Shown here piece after piece: positions 18,950 through 28,506 of a stretch of 64,000 nt of DNA. Source of the DNA: a phage; sequence record PZ357121.2; one strand, 5' to 3'. Under the pieces are notes generated by a model. The model was given only the letters and a program-made list of their open reading frames with translations. It did not search any database and had not been told where the DNA came from. How positions within the stretch are numbered: the first letter of the stretch is position 1; the number at the start of each line of letters is the position of its first letter. A program made the position numbers and the translations under genes.

Positions 18950-19198
18950 TCAGAGGTTGATTGATACAACGCGTTTGATAAAATTCACTTCACTTACTGA
19001 AAGGTCTTTAAGACCGATTGATTCTAAACGCTGAGTAAGCGTCAACATCGGGATATAATCCCAATGAGTTTTATTTGCTTGATAAGTACGAACGCCATTA
19101 GCAATTTCAACGTTCAAATCAGAAATGGTAATGAATATCGGACGTTCGTCATTAACTTTAAGGGTTAGAACAACTTTCTTTGAATCTAAACTAATCAT
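18950..19198 (-). CDS. hypothetical protein
   Basis: 82 aa ORF. Confidence 0.55.
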   Translation of the reverse strand: MISLDSKKVVLTLKVNDERPIFITISDLNVEIANGVRTYQANKTHWDYIPMLTLTQRLESIGLKDLSVSEVNFIKRVVSINL

Positions 19199-19377
19199 GA
19201 CTTAATTTCCTTCGCAATTGAACAGAAGATACCACGGTCACAAAGCATTTCACCAATTTCTGGATATTTGATTGAACGGTACCAAACATCCAGGTTTGAA
19301 ACTTTGGTTATCTGTACTGCATTACCGTTGACAGAATAGTACTGGTCAACCTTAATTTCTTTATCTTCAATTGTCAT
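19195..19377 (-). CDS. small hypothetical protein
   Basis: 60 aa from ATG 19377 (MTIEDKEIKVDQYY...), SD GAGGAAAA; early promoter GTTTAC..TAAGAT upstream; longer ORF-track form is a non-ATG extension. Confidence 0.45.
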   Translation of the reverse strand: MTIEDKEIKVDQYYSVNGNAVQITKVSNLDVWYRSIKYPEIGEMLCDRGIFCSIAKEIKS

Positions 19378-19526
19378 TTTATTTTCCTCTATAGTAGATG
19401 GTTTAATCTTAACACATTTATTGAGGATGTAAACTGTTTTATGAAAATATTTTTTGATTTGAGAGGGGCACAAGGAGATAGTGAAGTGAAGATTCCAATG
19501 GATTATATTAGAAATGAGATAAAGAA

Positions 19527-19545
19527 GACCAGGCGGCACCTGGTC
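19527..19545 (-). terminator. rho-independent terminator (minus strand)
   Basis: Stem GACCAGG/CCTGGTC with 5-nt loop, followed on minus strand by TTCTTTATCTC. Confidence 0.45.
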
Positions 19546-19867
19546 AATCTTCTATGATATCAGAGTCATATCCTAATGAAATCAAGGACTTTTTAAACTC
19601 TGCAATATTCTTTTGTTTCTTATCATTTAAAAATATGACAGGATAACGAATATTAAGTGAAGTGAATCCTGCACGTTTAGCAAGAGATACGATTAAAGGA
19701 CGGTCATATTCAATCTTACCATTATTAGTGAGGACTTTATAAAATGTATAAGGAGCATTGAGCTCCTTTAAAAGTTTTGTAACAGTATAACATCCTGGAC
19801 AACGTCCAACTTCTTCAGGGATGCCATAAATTTCAATCTTGTTCTTTAAGTTCGAGTTTTGTTCCAC
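19544..19867 (-). CDS. thioredoxin/glutaredoxin-fold protein (NrdH-like); start uncertain (GTG proposed)
   Basis: CPGC redox motif in IEIYGIPEEVGRCPGCYTV; candidate GTG start with SD AAGGA. Confidence 0.45.
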   Translation of the reverse strand: MEQNSNLKNKIEIYGIPEEVGRCPGCYTVTKLLKELNAPYTFYKVLTNNGKIEYDRPLIVSLAKRAGFTSLNIRYPVIFLNDKKQKNIAEFKKSLISLGYDSDIIED

Positions 19868-20150
19868 GAGAAATAATTCCTTGGTAAGCCCAATAAGGAG
19901 GATTAACAGAATCCTCGCCAGAGTTTTCTTCAGGAAAATAAACCTGGATAACGAAGCCGGATTCATCAAAGGTAAAATAAACCGTAGGCAGTTCACCTAA
20001 CAAATCGGCACGAGCGTTGATTTCTTCGAGGTCTTGTTCACGTCCAGCCCAGAAGCTTGGGTTCAGACTACATTCATAGAAATAATAGTCATTACCGAAC
20101 ATATCAAAACCATTCCAACTCTCTACTACATACCGCTCAAAACTAATCAT
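19833..20150 (-). CDS. hypothetical acidic protein
   Basis: 105 aa ORF. Confidence 0.5.
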   Translation of the reverse strand: MISFERYVVESWNGFDMFGNDYYFYECSLNPSFWAGREQDLEEINARADLLGELPTVYFTFDESGFVIQVYFPEENSGEDSVNPPYWAYQGIISRGTKLELKEQD

Positions 20151-20152
20151 AA

Positions 20153-20368
20153 TTAAGCCTTTTTATCAAGAACAGAGTTCAGTTTATTAGTAATTTTGTC
20201 CAAACGTTCATTGAATTCGCTGGAGGATAAACCCTTTTCTGGAGAAATTAAACTAATCACGAAAAATACACCAGTAAAAGGAATAAGAAAAATAGCTCCA
20301 ACTGCCATAAACAAAAAGAACGTTACAGTTGTAAGAAAATCAGCTAAACCTTTACGAAATTTGTACAT
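20153..20368 (-). CDS. small membrane protein
   Basis: 71 aa; hydrophobic segment FLFMAVGAIFLIPFTGVFFVISLI. Confidence 0.5.
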   Translation of the reverse strand: MYKFRKGLADFLTTVTFFLFMAVGAIFLIPFTGVFFVISLISPEKGLSSSEFNERLDKITNKLNSVLDKKA

Positions 20369-20478
20369 ATTTACCCTTAATTAACTAAGCATTGATAATC
20401 ATTAAACTATATTGCGAATAAAATTCTGGACCAAAACGAAAAATCATATCATTTATAGTATCCATAATGTAATTCAAT

Positions 20479-20949
20479 TTAATCATGTTTCCACACCCCA
20501 TCGGTATTTGACCAAAGTCGCTGATTATCTGATCCTCGCCACAGCTTTTTAGTCGGAAGATTTTTCTCATACTTCCCATCAATAATAACATCAACATATT
20601 TAAGCATTTCTAGTTGTTTAATATCTTCAAACTTATATCCTGTCCACAACCAAATGCTTTTATTGGGATAAAGATTTTTTACTGTTTGAGCAATGCAATG
20701 AATAACATCTCGGTTATCAGGATAGAGAGGGTCACCTCCGGTTATAGTTAATCCTTCTATATAATCATTATTCAAACATTCAATTAATTGTTCTAGTGTT
20801 TCACCAGTGAATGGAACACCATTTCTAGCATTCCATGTTGATTTATTATAACACCCTTCGCATTTATGCAAACAACCTGTAACGAAAAGAACGACCCTGC
20901 ATCCAGGACCATTCACAAAATCGCAAGGATAAAATCTATCATAATTCAT
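20479..20949 (-). CDS. nrdG: anaerobic ribonucleotide reductase activating protein NrdG (radical SAM)
   Basis: 156 aa; CxxxCxxC motif CLHKCEGC; directly downstream of nrdD. Confidence 0.9.
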   Translation of the reverse strand: MNYDRFYPCDFVNGPGCRVVLFVTGCLHKCEGCYNKSTWNARNGVPFTGETLEQLIECLNNDYIEGLTITGGDPLYPDNRDVIHCIAQTVKNLYPNKSIWLWTGYKFEDIKQLEMLKYVDVIIDGKYEKNLPTKKLWRGSDNQRLWSNTDGVWKHD

Positions 20950-22237
20950 TGGTGTTTAACCCTATGCATGATTTCTTTATTTTTACCGAGATTAAATCCG
21001 CGTTCGTTCGGATTTCCCAAATAACCACATGTTCTTCTTATTGTGTTCATCTTTTTAGGATCAGTTTCTCCACAAACTGAACAAACAAATCCGTTTTCAG
21101 TAGGAGTCATTTCATGGGTACTTCCGCATGTAAAACATTTATCTACTGGCATATTAACACCAAAATAATCTAAATGTTGTGCAGCATAATCCCATACGGC
21201 CTCAAGACCTTTTAGGTTATTTTTCATATCAGGAAGTTCAACATAAGAAATGTGACCGCCGGTCGCTATGAAATGATATGGCGCTTCACGAGAAATCTTT
21301 TCAAACGGAGTAATATTTTCTTCTACTGAAACGTGGAAACTGTTAGTGTACCAGCCTTTATCGGTAACATCCTTTACACTTCCATATTTTTCTGTATCGA
21401 GTTTACAGAAGCGATAACAAAGGTTTTCAGCAGGAGTCGAATATAAACTAAAAGCAAAACCGGTTCTTTCAGTCCACTGCTTAAGATGAGCATTCATTTT
21501 AGTTAAAATTTCTTGTCCAATATCACGACCGACAAGAATATTCAATTCGTGAATACCAATGTATCCTAAGGACACTGAACTTCTACCGTTTTTAAATAAC
21601 TCAATTATATCGTCATCAGGTTTAAGACGAACCCCGAATGCACCTTCTTGGTAAAGAATAGGAGCAACAGTCGCTTTAACACCCTTTAAAGAACTAATTC
21701 TACACATCAAGGCTTCAAAACACAGATCCATTCGTTCATTAAACAACTCGATAAATTTCTGTTCATTGAACTGTGTTCCAATATAAGAATCTAATGCGAT
21801 GCGAGGAAGATTCAGCGTTACAACACCGAGATTATTACGTCCATCAAGAATTTCATTACCAGTCGAATCTTTCCATACGCTCAAGAAACTACGGCAACCC
21901 ATTGGAGAAACTGGAACTGAAGAACCGGTAATAGCTTTATTATTCTTAACCGAAATAATGTCAGGATACATTCTTTTGCTTGCGCATTCTAACGCAAGTT
22001 GTTTAATATCATAGTTCGGATCATCTTTATAAAGATTAACACCTTCTTCAACAAACATAACAAGTTTAGGAAAAATAGGAGTTATTCCATCACGACCAAG
22101 ACCTTTAATGCGGTTTTTAAGAATTGCCTTCTGAATAATTCGTTCAGTCCAGTCAATTCCCGTACCAAATGTAATTGTCACAAAAGGCGTTTGTCCATTA
22201 GAGCTGAAAAGTGTATTTACTTCATCATTATATTCAG
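20946..22237 (-). CDS. nrdD: anaerobic ribonucleoside-triphosphate reductase NrdD, exon 2 (5' boundary inferred)
   Basis: Glycyl-radical motif RRTCGYLG, C-terminal Zn site CFTCG..CSVCG; joins exon 1 to give about 607 aa; junction chosen by alignment to E. coli NrdD (DAFQ..EY..VNTL). Confidence 0.8.
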
Positions 22238-23276
22238 CATGAGTCGCAAATTCATGCCCGTTTATATGAAACAACAAAATTTGGATAGTCCATAGATATG
22301 CAACGTTCTTTTATAGTGCTAGGATGAAAATTTAGCGCTTTAGCTGCTTCTATATAAGACGTATACTTAATACCGTCAACAACCACATATTCAGGAACTT
22401 TATGAATAGTAGTCTTAATACTCAAAACAAGAGGATGAGTTTCGACTTCACTTTCAGTGCAATTTAAATATTCCGCTGCTTTTTTAAAACTTCTAAAAGT
22501 TTTATTTTTAAGCTTTATCGATACTTGTTTTTTACTTTTTCGACTATTGATATTATTTTGCACATGTTCCTTAGATCTTCCGTTTTTAGCATAATATTCA
22601 GCTACAGAAGATTTTATATTGTTTTTATGAGATTCGGATAACACTTTACCCTTATGAGCATCTCTTAATTTTTGAATATGTTCTTCAGTATCCGGATGCT
22701 TATAAAACTTTTTACCGCCTATGGATTTATTTAAACATTTTTTGCTATAAAAATATTTACGTATGACCTCTTCTTCATGTTTTAATGCATCTTTATAACT
22801 ATCAAATGTTTTTAAAATTATCCATTTAGTAGGTGTATCAGTTTTTAAGCGTTCATTTATATACTTAGATGACGTTGTGTAAGTTTTCCAGTTTGTGGGC
22901 TTGTTTTTAATTGTTCTAAATTTTTTATAACCGATATAAATGTCACCATTAGAAAACTTAACTAAGTATGTAAATGCGTCTTTATCTTTTATTTTAGTAC
23001 AACGTCTTTTTATCCATTTCATTGTTTCACCTCGTATTCATAAGATAATCTTATTTATACAAGATGACTGCTGCATGTCGCCATGCAGATTAGACTATAT
23101 CTTCATCTTTCGATGCCGGCCGTTTCGAATAGCATTAGCTTCTATTCTACACCGCTACATTCATCACGGTTAGTCGTTAGGCATTTAGTTCAAAAGAACA
23201 TTTAGCACGGGATTGTCTACTAGAGAGGTTCCCCGTTTAGACCGGTTTTACATGAGCCTGAATTAAATTAACTCAT
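22238..23276 (-). mobile_element. group I self-splicing intron in nrdD (boundaries inferred, about 1039 nt)
   Basis: Minus strand carries the T4-intron core CTAAACGGGGAACCTCTCTAGTAGACAATCCCGTGCTAAAT just after the exon-1 end; proposed exon 1 ends in U, intron ends in G. Confidence 0.7.
22252..23022 (-). CDS. intron-encoded GIY-YIG homing endonuclease
   Basis: 256 aa; GIY-YIG core FTYLVKFSNGDIYIGYKK, NUMOD3-like SESHKNNIKSS, C-terminal HTH; sits 3' of the intron core. Confidence 0.8.
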   Translation of the reverse strand: MKWIKRRCTKIKDKDAFTYLVKFSNGDIYIGYKKFRTIKNKPTNWKTYTTSSKYINERLKTDTPTKWIILKTFDSYKDALKHEEEVIRKYFYSKKCLNKSIGGKKFYKHPDTEEHIQKLRDAHKGKVLSESHKNNIKSSVAEYYAKNGRSKEHVQNNINSRKSKKQVSIKLKNKTFRSFKKAAEYLNCTESEVETHPLVLSIKTTIHKVPEYVVVDGIKYTSYIEAAKALNFHPSTIKERCISMDYPNFVVSYKRA

Positions 23277-23808
23277 ACGCCTGGAATGCATCGTATACGT
23301 CTTTTTCTGTTTTAGATTGGGCATAATTCAACGCATCAGCGATTTGCCATTTTTCTGCATCCTCAATATGTTTTGCATAGGTGCGTTTAACATAAGGAGA
23401 AAGAACTTTATCGACATTCGCAAATGTAGTTCCACCATACTGATGCGAAGCAACTTGTGCAGTAATTTGTGCCATAATTGCAGTAGCAACACCAATAGAT
23501 TTAGGCGTTTCAATTTGAGCATTGCCGAGCTTAAATCCGTTTTCAAGCATTCCTTTTAAATCTACTAAACAGCAATTAGTAAAAGGCAATGATATACTGT
23601 AATCTAAATCATGAAAATGAATTAATCCAACATTATGGGCATTTACAATATGACTTGGAAGAATACGACAAGCGATATGTTTAGAAACAATACCGGCCAT
23701 TAAATCTCTTTTTGTTGGAAAGACGCGAGAATCTTTGTTGGCGTTTTCTGTATTTAATTCTTTATCTTTATTTGAAATAAAATTTAAAACATCTTTTTCT
23801 AAAGACAT
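23277..23808 (-). CDS. nrdD: anaerobic ribonucleoside-triphosphate reductase NrdD, exon 1
   Basis: ENANKDSRVFPTKRDLMAGIV...AQVASHQYGGTT aligns with E. coli NrdD after its ATP-cone; ORF-track stop at 23263 lies in the intron. Confidence 0.8.
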
Positions 23809-24620
23809 AATTCTAATTTATCCTTTTGAAATTCTTCGTCTAAATATGGGTTCCAACCCATTTTAAACCTTTTGATGAAATTATCAATTCTAAATTTCGG
23901 TAAGTTTAAATCCGCAAAAATAGATGATTTACTTTTAAAATCTGGACTTAAATAATCATATAAAATTTCTGCGTATTTTAACCATAATATACAAGTACCA
24001 GATTTAATTGCTCTCGGAGTTTTCCAAGGTTTTACACCATACATCGGATTTCCACTTCCTTTATGCCTGATAGAAGATGAAATTCCAATTTTAATTTTAG
24101 CTTCCTTTGTATGCGAAAATCCACGATGTGGATTTTCTTTCCAGTATTTTTTAGAAGCTTCTGATATTTTCTTTCTGGCTAAATTAGTATGATGCTTTCC
24201 ATAAAATCCATGATTTTTGCCTTTATTACGATTTCTTTTAATCATGGTTATTGATTGCTTTTCTCTAGTTTCTTTAGAAGGAGAAATACCATATGTCGTA
24301 AATTGGCCATCAGCATATGCTAAATTAAAATACTCTTTATTCCATACATCTTTTTCTATATTCTTTTGAAATTCAGCTTCAATGCTAGTTATTTGTTCAT
24401 CTCCGACTAATTGAAAATATAATATCTCAACTTTCGGCGTTTCTTTCAATAAGGCTTTTTGAAATTCGGAAGATGACGAAGACGAATAATAAAATTTACC
24501 ATTTTTATCAATAATATTCGTTCCGTCAAAAGTGCAATTGGTTTTACTTCCAATGTAATAATATGGCGGGGTTTTAGCATTAATTCTACTAATAAACGAT
24601 AGTTTATATACTACATTCAT
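23799..24620 (-). CDS. free-standing GIY-YIG homing endonuclease (Seg-like)
   Basis: 273 aa; GIY-YIG core VYKLSFISRINAKTPPYYYIGSK; NUMOD3-like repeats (HTKEAKIKIGISSS). Confidence 0.75.
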   Translation of the reverse strand: MNVVYKLSFISRINAKTPPYYYIGSKTNCTFDGTNIIDKNGKFYYSSSSSSEFQKALLKETPKVEILYFQLVGDEQITSIEAEFQKNIEKDVWNKEYFNLAYADGQFTTYGISPSKETREKQSITMIKRNRNKGKNHGFYGKHHTNLARKKISEASKKYWKENPHRGFSHTKEAKIKIGISSSIRHKGSGNPMYGVKPWKTPRAIKSGTCILWLKYAEILYDYLSPDFKSKSSIFADLNLPKFRIDNFIKRFKMGWNPYLDEEFQKDKLELCL

Positions 24621-25090
24621 TTTAAACTCTTTCTAAGCTGCTTTTTGAATGAAGCTATTAATTGTGTTTTAGTATCAGATTCATTATATTCAAATCCTCT
24701 TTGAAGCATCTCGGCCATCATTTCCTCTTTACCTAGTCTCGAGAACTCTTTAGTTTTGTCTGGAACAAAATTAGGATGGATATTATTATCAGAATAATCT
24801 TGTTTCAAATAAGCAAGAAGAGCTTCAAGCCATTCGAGGTAGTTGACATCACGGCCTTTAAGACCGGAACGGTTGAACTTATGCTTCATTTGACCTTCTG
24901 CTGCGTTGCACAGATTACAGAGTAACCCACGAACTCTACCGGCTTTTGGCCCGTTTAATTCGTGGTCGTGGTCAAGATGGTTACCTTGAACATCAGGGTC
25001 TAATTCACGGTGGCAAATAGGACACTTACCGTTCTGTGCATCATAAAATTTTTGTTTTTCTTCTTTATATTTTGCGCCTGATAATAACAT
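24617..25090 (-). CDS. 49: endonuclease VII (Holliday junction resolvase) gp49
   Basis: 157 aa; zinc site CPIC..C..C and HLDHDHELNG motif; T4 gp49 length. Confidence 0.9.
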   Translation of the reverse strand: MLLSGAKYKEEKQKFYDAQNGKCPICHRELDPDVQGNHLDHDHELNGPKAGRVRGLLCNLCNAAEGQMKHKFNRSGLKGRDVNYLEWLEALLAYLKQDYSDNNIHPNFVPDKTKEFSRLGKEEMMAEMLQRGFEYNESDTKTQLIASFKKQLRKSLK

Positions 25091-25125
25091 GATAAACCCT
25101 TACCTTAAATAGATAAGGGTATTTA

Positions 25126-25551
25126 TTAACTTAAACGTCTTTCTAAATATTCAATGTATTCTGCGGCTGCTTGCATCAGGTTACCTTCATAGCCGTCGTT
25201 ATTTTCTTGTCCAGCTAATTTAGCTAATGCATAAGAAATTCGTTCACCTTCGAATTCACCAAGTTTACTACCTAGCACATCCGCAATATCAGCCGAATCA
25301 ATTTCTTCGAGTTCATCTATTGAATGTGATTCCCAGAAGCACCAAAGAGAAGTATCACGGTCATAGATGCAAAGTTTCTCACCAGTGTTCAACATCACTT
25401 CAATAATGCCATGGTCGCCATAACCATCTTCGGTCGTAGTACCAATTACCTTGATGATTGTTCCTTTCTTTAATTCAGGAAACTTGACTTGTAGTTCTTC
25501 ATCTTCTTTAACAATCTTGAACCATTTACCACGTGTGTCAGAAATATTCAT
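25126..25551 (-). CDS. hypothetical acidic protein
   Basis: 141 aa from ATG 25551 (MNISDTRGKWFKIV...), SD GAGGA; longer ORF-track form overlaps the upstream gene. Confidence 0.55.
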   Translation of the reverse strand: MNISDTRGKWFKIVKEDEELQVKFPELKKGTIIKVIGTTTEDGYGDHGIIEVMLNTGEKLCIYDRDTSLWCFWESHSIDELEEIDSADIADVLGSKLGEFEGERISYALAKLAGQENNDGYEGNLMQAAAEYIEYLERRLS

Positions 25552-25552
25552 A

Positions 25553-25723
25553 TCAATATCCTCTATAAAAGTTACGATGAGAACGTTTAGCTTTGCGAAG
25601 CTGACGTTTAGTAGGACGAACTGTAAATGGTTGTCCAGAGAAAAAATTCGGATCTGTTTTAATAAGCAAATACCAATCATGCTTGCCATTTTTTAATAAA
25701 CGGTACAATAATTTAACTTGCAT
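25553..25723 (-). CDS. small basic hypothetical protein
   Basis: 56 aa from ATG 25723; ORF-track start is a TTG. Confidence 0.4.
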   Translation of the reverse strand: MQVKLLYRLLKNGKHDWYLLIKTDPNFFSGQPFTVRPTKRQLRKAKRSHRNFYRGY

Positions 25724-25851
25724 AATAATCTCTTCCCATTTCCATATCAATCATATCGTTTACTGTAGGTTCATCATAACACGTTTCTTCGTCGTTGTAA
25801 ACTGTTTCGACGTCTGGCTCGACAGTTTCCCATCGAGCCGAATACCATGGC

Positions 25852-26208
25852 TTAACCCCGGAGTTTATTGAGCTCTTCATAATCAATCCAGGATTCTAGC
25901 CCTGACGGCAGGTCACATTCAATGTTCCACAGAAGCTCTTCAATGGCTTGCAGGCGATTATATTCTTCAACGGTAATGGTAACCATTGGTGTAACCGGTT
26001 CTGCCTTTTTAACCATCATGTCGTTCATCAGGACGTAAAGGTCATCACGAACGACAGTGTCGTTCCAACCCCATGATTTGGCTTCGTAAGCTAATGATGA
26101 AGGGAGCACATTTAAAACTTCAATAATAGTTGGAGCATCAGGACCAAGTTCATTGGCACAAACTTCGTATACATCTTGGAAATCTTTAAGATTTAATGAA
26201 TATGTCAT
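25852..26208 (-). CDS. hypothetical protein
   Basis: 118 aa; start region is one copy of a 22-bp direct repeat. Confidence 0.55.
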   Translation of the reverse strand: MTYSLNLKDFQDVYEVCANELGPDAPTIIEVLNVLPSSLAYEAKSWGWNDTVVRDDLYVLMNDMMVKKAEPVTPMVTITVEEYNRLQAIEELLWNIECDLPSGLESWIDYEELNKLRG

Positions 26209-26227
26209 TTAAAATATTCTCGCAGTT
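26206..26227. repeat. 22-bp direct repeat, copy 1 (CATTTAAAATATTCTCGCAGTT)
   Basis: Identical to 26521..26542; covers start codon and RBS of gene 25852..26208. Confidence 0.7.
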
Positions 26228-26523
26228 TATTGTTCTACACATGCACAGGAAACTTCGAAATCAGGACCGTCGTACTTCCAGTGATATTCACCAACAGGAA
26301 TCCAGTCACCATGCTCGTTTTCTTCATAGTCCTCAGGCTCAAGGCCAACGAATCGCCATTGGACACCGATGATTCTATTACCCATCATTACTCGAAATTC
26401 GCCCCATGGATTATCAATAGCATACTGAATATCGTTCTTAGCACGAGAACACATTTCTTGATATAACAAAGTTTCTAATTCGTCCTGGTCATAAGGGCCT
26501 GGGAAAGTTAAATCGATATTCAT
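26227..26523 (-). CDS. hypothetical acidic protein (cassette flanked by 22-bp direct repeats)
   Basis: 98 aa ORF lying exactly between the two repeat copies. Confidence 0.55.
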   Translation of the reverse strand: MNIDLTFPGPYDQDELETLLYQEMCSRAKNDIQYAIDNPWGEFRVMMGNRIIGVQWRFVGLEPEDYEENEHGDWIPVGEYHWKYDGPDFEVSCACVEQ

Positions 26524-26783
26524 TTAAAATATTCTCGCAGTTGGTCAAATCCACCAATGTGACTTCCGTCAGGAGCAAACACTTGAGGCATCGTCAATCC
26601 AACATGTGTTTCACGTCCAAGCTTAGCCAGAAGCTCAGCAATTTTTTCTTCATCGAATACACCTTTTTCTGGCATAACATTAATGAATTCGAACGGCTGT
26701 TTCTTAACAGTCAGCAATCGTTTCGCATTATCACAATAAATGCATTTATGAATAGTAGAGTCATACCCGTACACTTTAAACAT
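26520..26783 (-). CDS. nrdC: thioredoxin/glutaredoxin NrdC
   Basis: 87 aa from ATG 26783 (MFKVYGYDSTIHKCIYCDNAKRLL...), SD AAGGAAAA; matches T4 NrdC. Confidence 0.9.
   Translation of the reverse strand: MFKVYGYDSTIHKCIYCDNAKRLLTVKKQPFEFINVMPEKGVFDEEKIAELLAKLGRETHVGLTMPQVFAPDGSHIGGFDQLREYFK
26521..26542. repeat. 22-bp direct repeat, copy 2 (CATTTAAAATATTCTCGCAGTT)
   Basis: Identical to 26206..26227; covers the nrdC 3' end and the start of gene 26227..26523. Confidence 0.7.
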
Positions 26784-27189
26784 TATTTTTCCTTTCATCA
26801 ATTAAATATGCAATGCCAAATACAATACATGTAATAAAACCTGTGATACAGATAGAAACCAACAACACTGTACCAAAGAACCAAATCAAGTTATCTTTAG
26901 TAGTTTGTTTGATATCCATCTCACGAATTTCTATAGCTATCGTATCACCTTTATTCAGAAGCGTATAAAACGATGGCGATACACGCCTGTCAAAAACTCG
27001 TCCTTGCTCATCTTTATAGACTGCAATAAATTCTAATTTAGAATATTTTCCTGTAGATTGACCTGAGATTAGCTCTACTACCTCCACAGGAATTACTTTA
27101 GTTTCCATGTAAGTATTCTGGCTGTTCCAAATGAATGGAATGATGGCAAAAACTAAAGCTGCAATAAAGCAACGAAGGCTATATCTCAT
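26776..27189 (-). CDS. membrane protein (N- and C-terminal TM segments)
   Basis: 137 aa; hydrophobic N-terminus and C-terminal FFGTVLLVSICITGFITCIVFGIAYLI. Confidence 0.5.
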   Translation of the reverse strand: MRYSLRCFIAALVFAIIPFIWNSQNTYMETKVIPVEVVELISGQSTGKYSKLEFIAVYKDEQGRVFDRRVSPSFYTLLNKGDTIAIEIREMDIKQTTKDNLIWFFGTVLLVSICITGFITCIVFGIAYLIDERKNNV

Positions 27190-27494
27190 TATAATGTTCT
27201 CTCAAATTTGTGGAAGCATTTACGGCATTTCAATTTCAAGTTATCAGTGGTCCAGTTAACCAGTTGGACTTGGATAGTTCCACATTCCGGACATGGATGT
27301 TTTGCTGCCGATTTGGCAGCATTTTCACGTCGTTCAACCATTTTCATGATTTCGTTCCATGCCGGAGGAACGAACTCTTCTTCACTGTGGATTTTATCTC
27401 GCTGAACAAATTCAATCTTTGAACTATCGTCAATAAACTTAACCAAGCCGTGATTAGTGCTCATATCAATATCCTCTAAAAGACGTAGTTTCAT
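27189..27494 (-). CDS. zinc-ribbon protein
   Basis: 101 aa; CPECG...CRKC four-Cys ribbon. Confidence 0.55.
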   Translation of the reverse strand: MKLRLLEDIDMSTNHGLVKFIDDSSKIEFVQRDKIHSEEEFVPPAWNEIMKMVERRENAAKSAAKHPCPECGTIQVQLVNWTTDNLKLKCRKCFHKFERTL

Positions 27495-28444
27495 TATAAA
27501 ACCTCAATGGCATTTCGTAAACCGTCCGCTTTCGCATTCAGAGCTTTTAACGATTTAGTTTGTTCTGCAATCTGGGCTTCGACTTCTTTCAGACGAGATT
27601 TGAGATATTCGCGTTCTTCTCTTAAGTTATCAACTTTTTCTGCTTTAGGCTCTTTAATAGGCTTAGGCTTATACTCGTTAGGGTTCTTCAGCTTAATTTG
27701 AATACGAGAACTGAATAACATTGAACCGTTATCTTCGGTTTCATCATACATTTCTACCACGTCCATGATTCTTAACATCATGCGAAGTTTATAAGACAGC
27801 GAACGAATGGTTTTGTTGCGCTTATTAATTTCTTCGGCTTTCATGGTACCGAGATTACGTGAGTAGTAATAAGGAACCTGGATATCAATTGTCAATGATG
27901 CGTTACCATTACCGGTTGGTTTGAATACTGCAGTAACCCAATCTTTAACATGAACTTTATTTGTACGACCATCGCCGCCTGTGAATAATTTACGTGAATG
28001 TTTAAAAAGCATATTCACTTGGTTATTGAATTCACAAGCAAATTTATCGGCAAATTTAGTTTCAGGAATGGTAGATAACCAATCAGCCAAATGAGTCTTT
28101 TTAACATCGTTAATAATAGTAAATTCAACTAAATCAGTTTTAGGTGTCACAGATTTAATAAAGCTCGGCTTCATAAAGTTTTTAATGTTATCACGAGCTA
28201 CAGTAGAAGATAATAAACGAGAACGTTTGAACCATTGAAGCAGTGTCCCTAATGAATGAGAATACGCATTCTGAGTATCTTTACAGATATGATTTTCTTG
28301 GCCTGTGTATGTACCAAAATCGCGAAGAATACCACTTACTACAACTCGGTGTGGAACATCAAATCCTAATGAACCAGAAGCACGTTGGGCATGAACGTTA
28401 GCGATAAGACCTGCAAAATAATCAATGTAATGTGAACGTGTCAT
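27494..28444 (-). CDS. hypothetical 316-aa protein with C-terminal coiled coil (early gene A)
   Basis: Own promoter and SD GAGAGGAAAA; C-terminal heptad-rich tail. Confidence 0.65.
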   Translation of the reverse strand: MTRSHYIDYFAGLIANVHAQRASGSLGFDVPHRVVVSGILRDFGTYTGQENHICKDTQNAYSHSLGTLLQWFKRSRLLSSTVARDNIKNFMKPSFIKSVTPKTDLVEFTIINDVKKTHLADWLSTIPETKFADKFACEFNNQVNMLFKHSRKLFTGGDGRTNKVHVKDWVTAVFKPTGNGNASLTIDIQVPYYYSRNLGTMKAEEINKRNKTIRSLSYKLRMMLRIMDVVEMYDETEDNGSMLFSSRIQIKLKNPNEYKPKPIKEPKAEKVDNLREEREYLKSRLKEVEAQIAEQTKSLKALNAKADGLRNAIEVL

Positions 28445-28472
28445 AATATTTTCCTCTCGTTAAGATAGAAAG

Positions 28473-28501
28473 ATTATACTCCAACCGTCCTTGGTTGTAA
28501 A
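28473..28501 (-). promoter_or_regulatory. sigma70-type early promoter (TTTACA, 17 nt, TATAAT)
   Basis: Minus strand reads GTTTACAACCAAGGACGGTTGGAGTATAAT about 30 nt upstream of ATG 28444. Confidence 0.55.
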
Positions 28502-28506
28502 CTGAT

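Noticed and set aside
19195-19539. 114-aa form of the ORF starting MPPGL (and the analogous MPPGL start of 39907-40341)
   Set aside because: The N-terminal part is a non-ATG read-through across terminator or promoter sequence. An internal ATG with a strong SD and an upstream early promoter gives a compact 60-aa (and 88-aa) gene instead.
20385-20597. 70-aa ORF overlapping the 3' end of nrdG
   Set aside because: It overlaps nrdG by about 120 nt in another frame and would leave only about 26 codons after the nrdG stop, with no convincing RBS.
22238-22277. TTG-initiated N-terminal extension of the nrdD exon 2 ORF
   Set aside because: This is read-through from intron sequence. The exon 2 boundary was instead placed by alignment to E. 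coli NrdD and the group I rule (intron ends in G).
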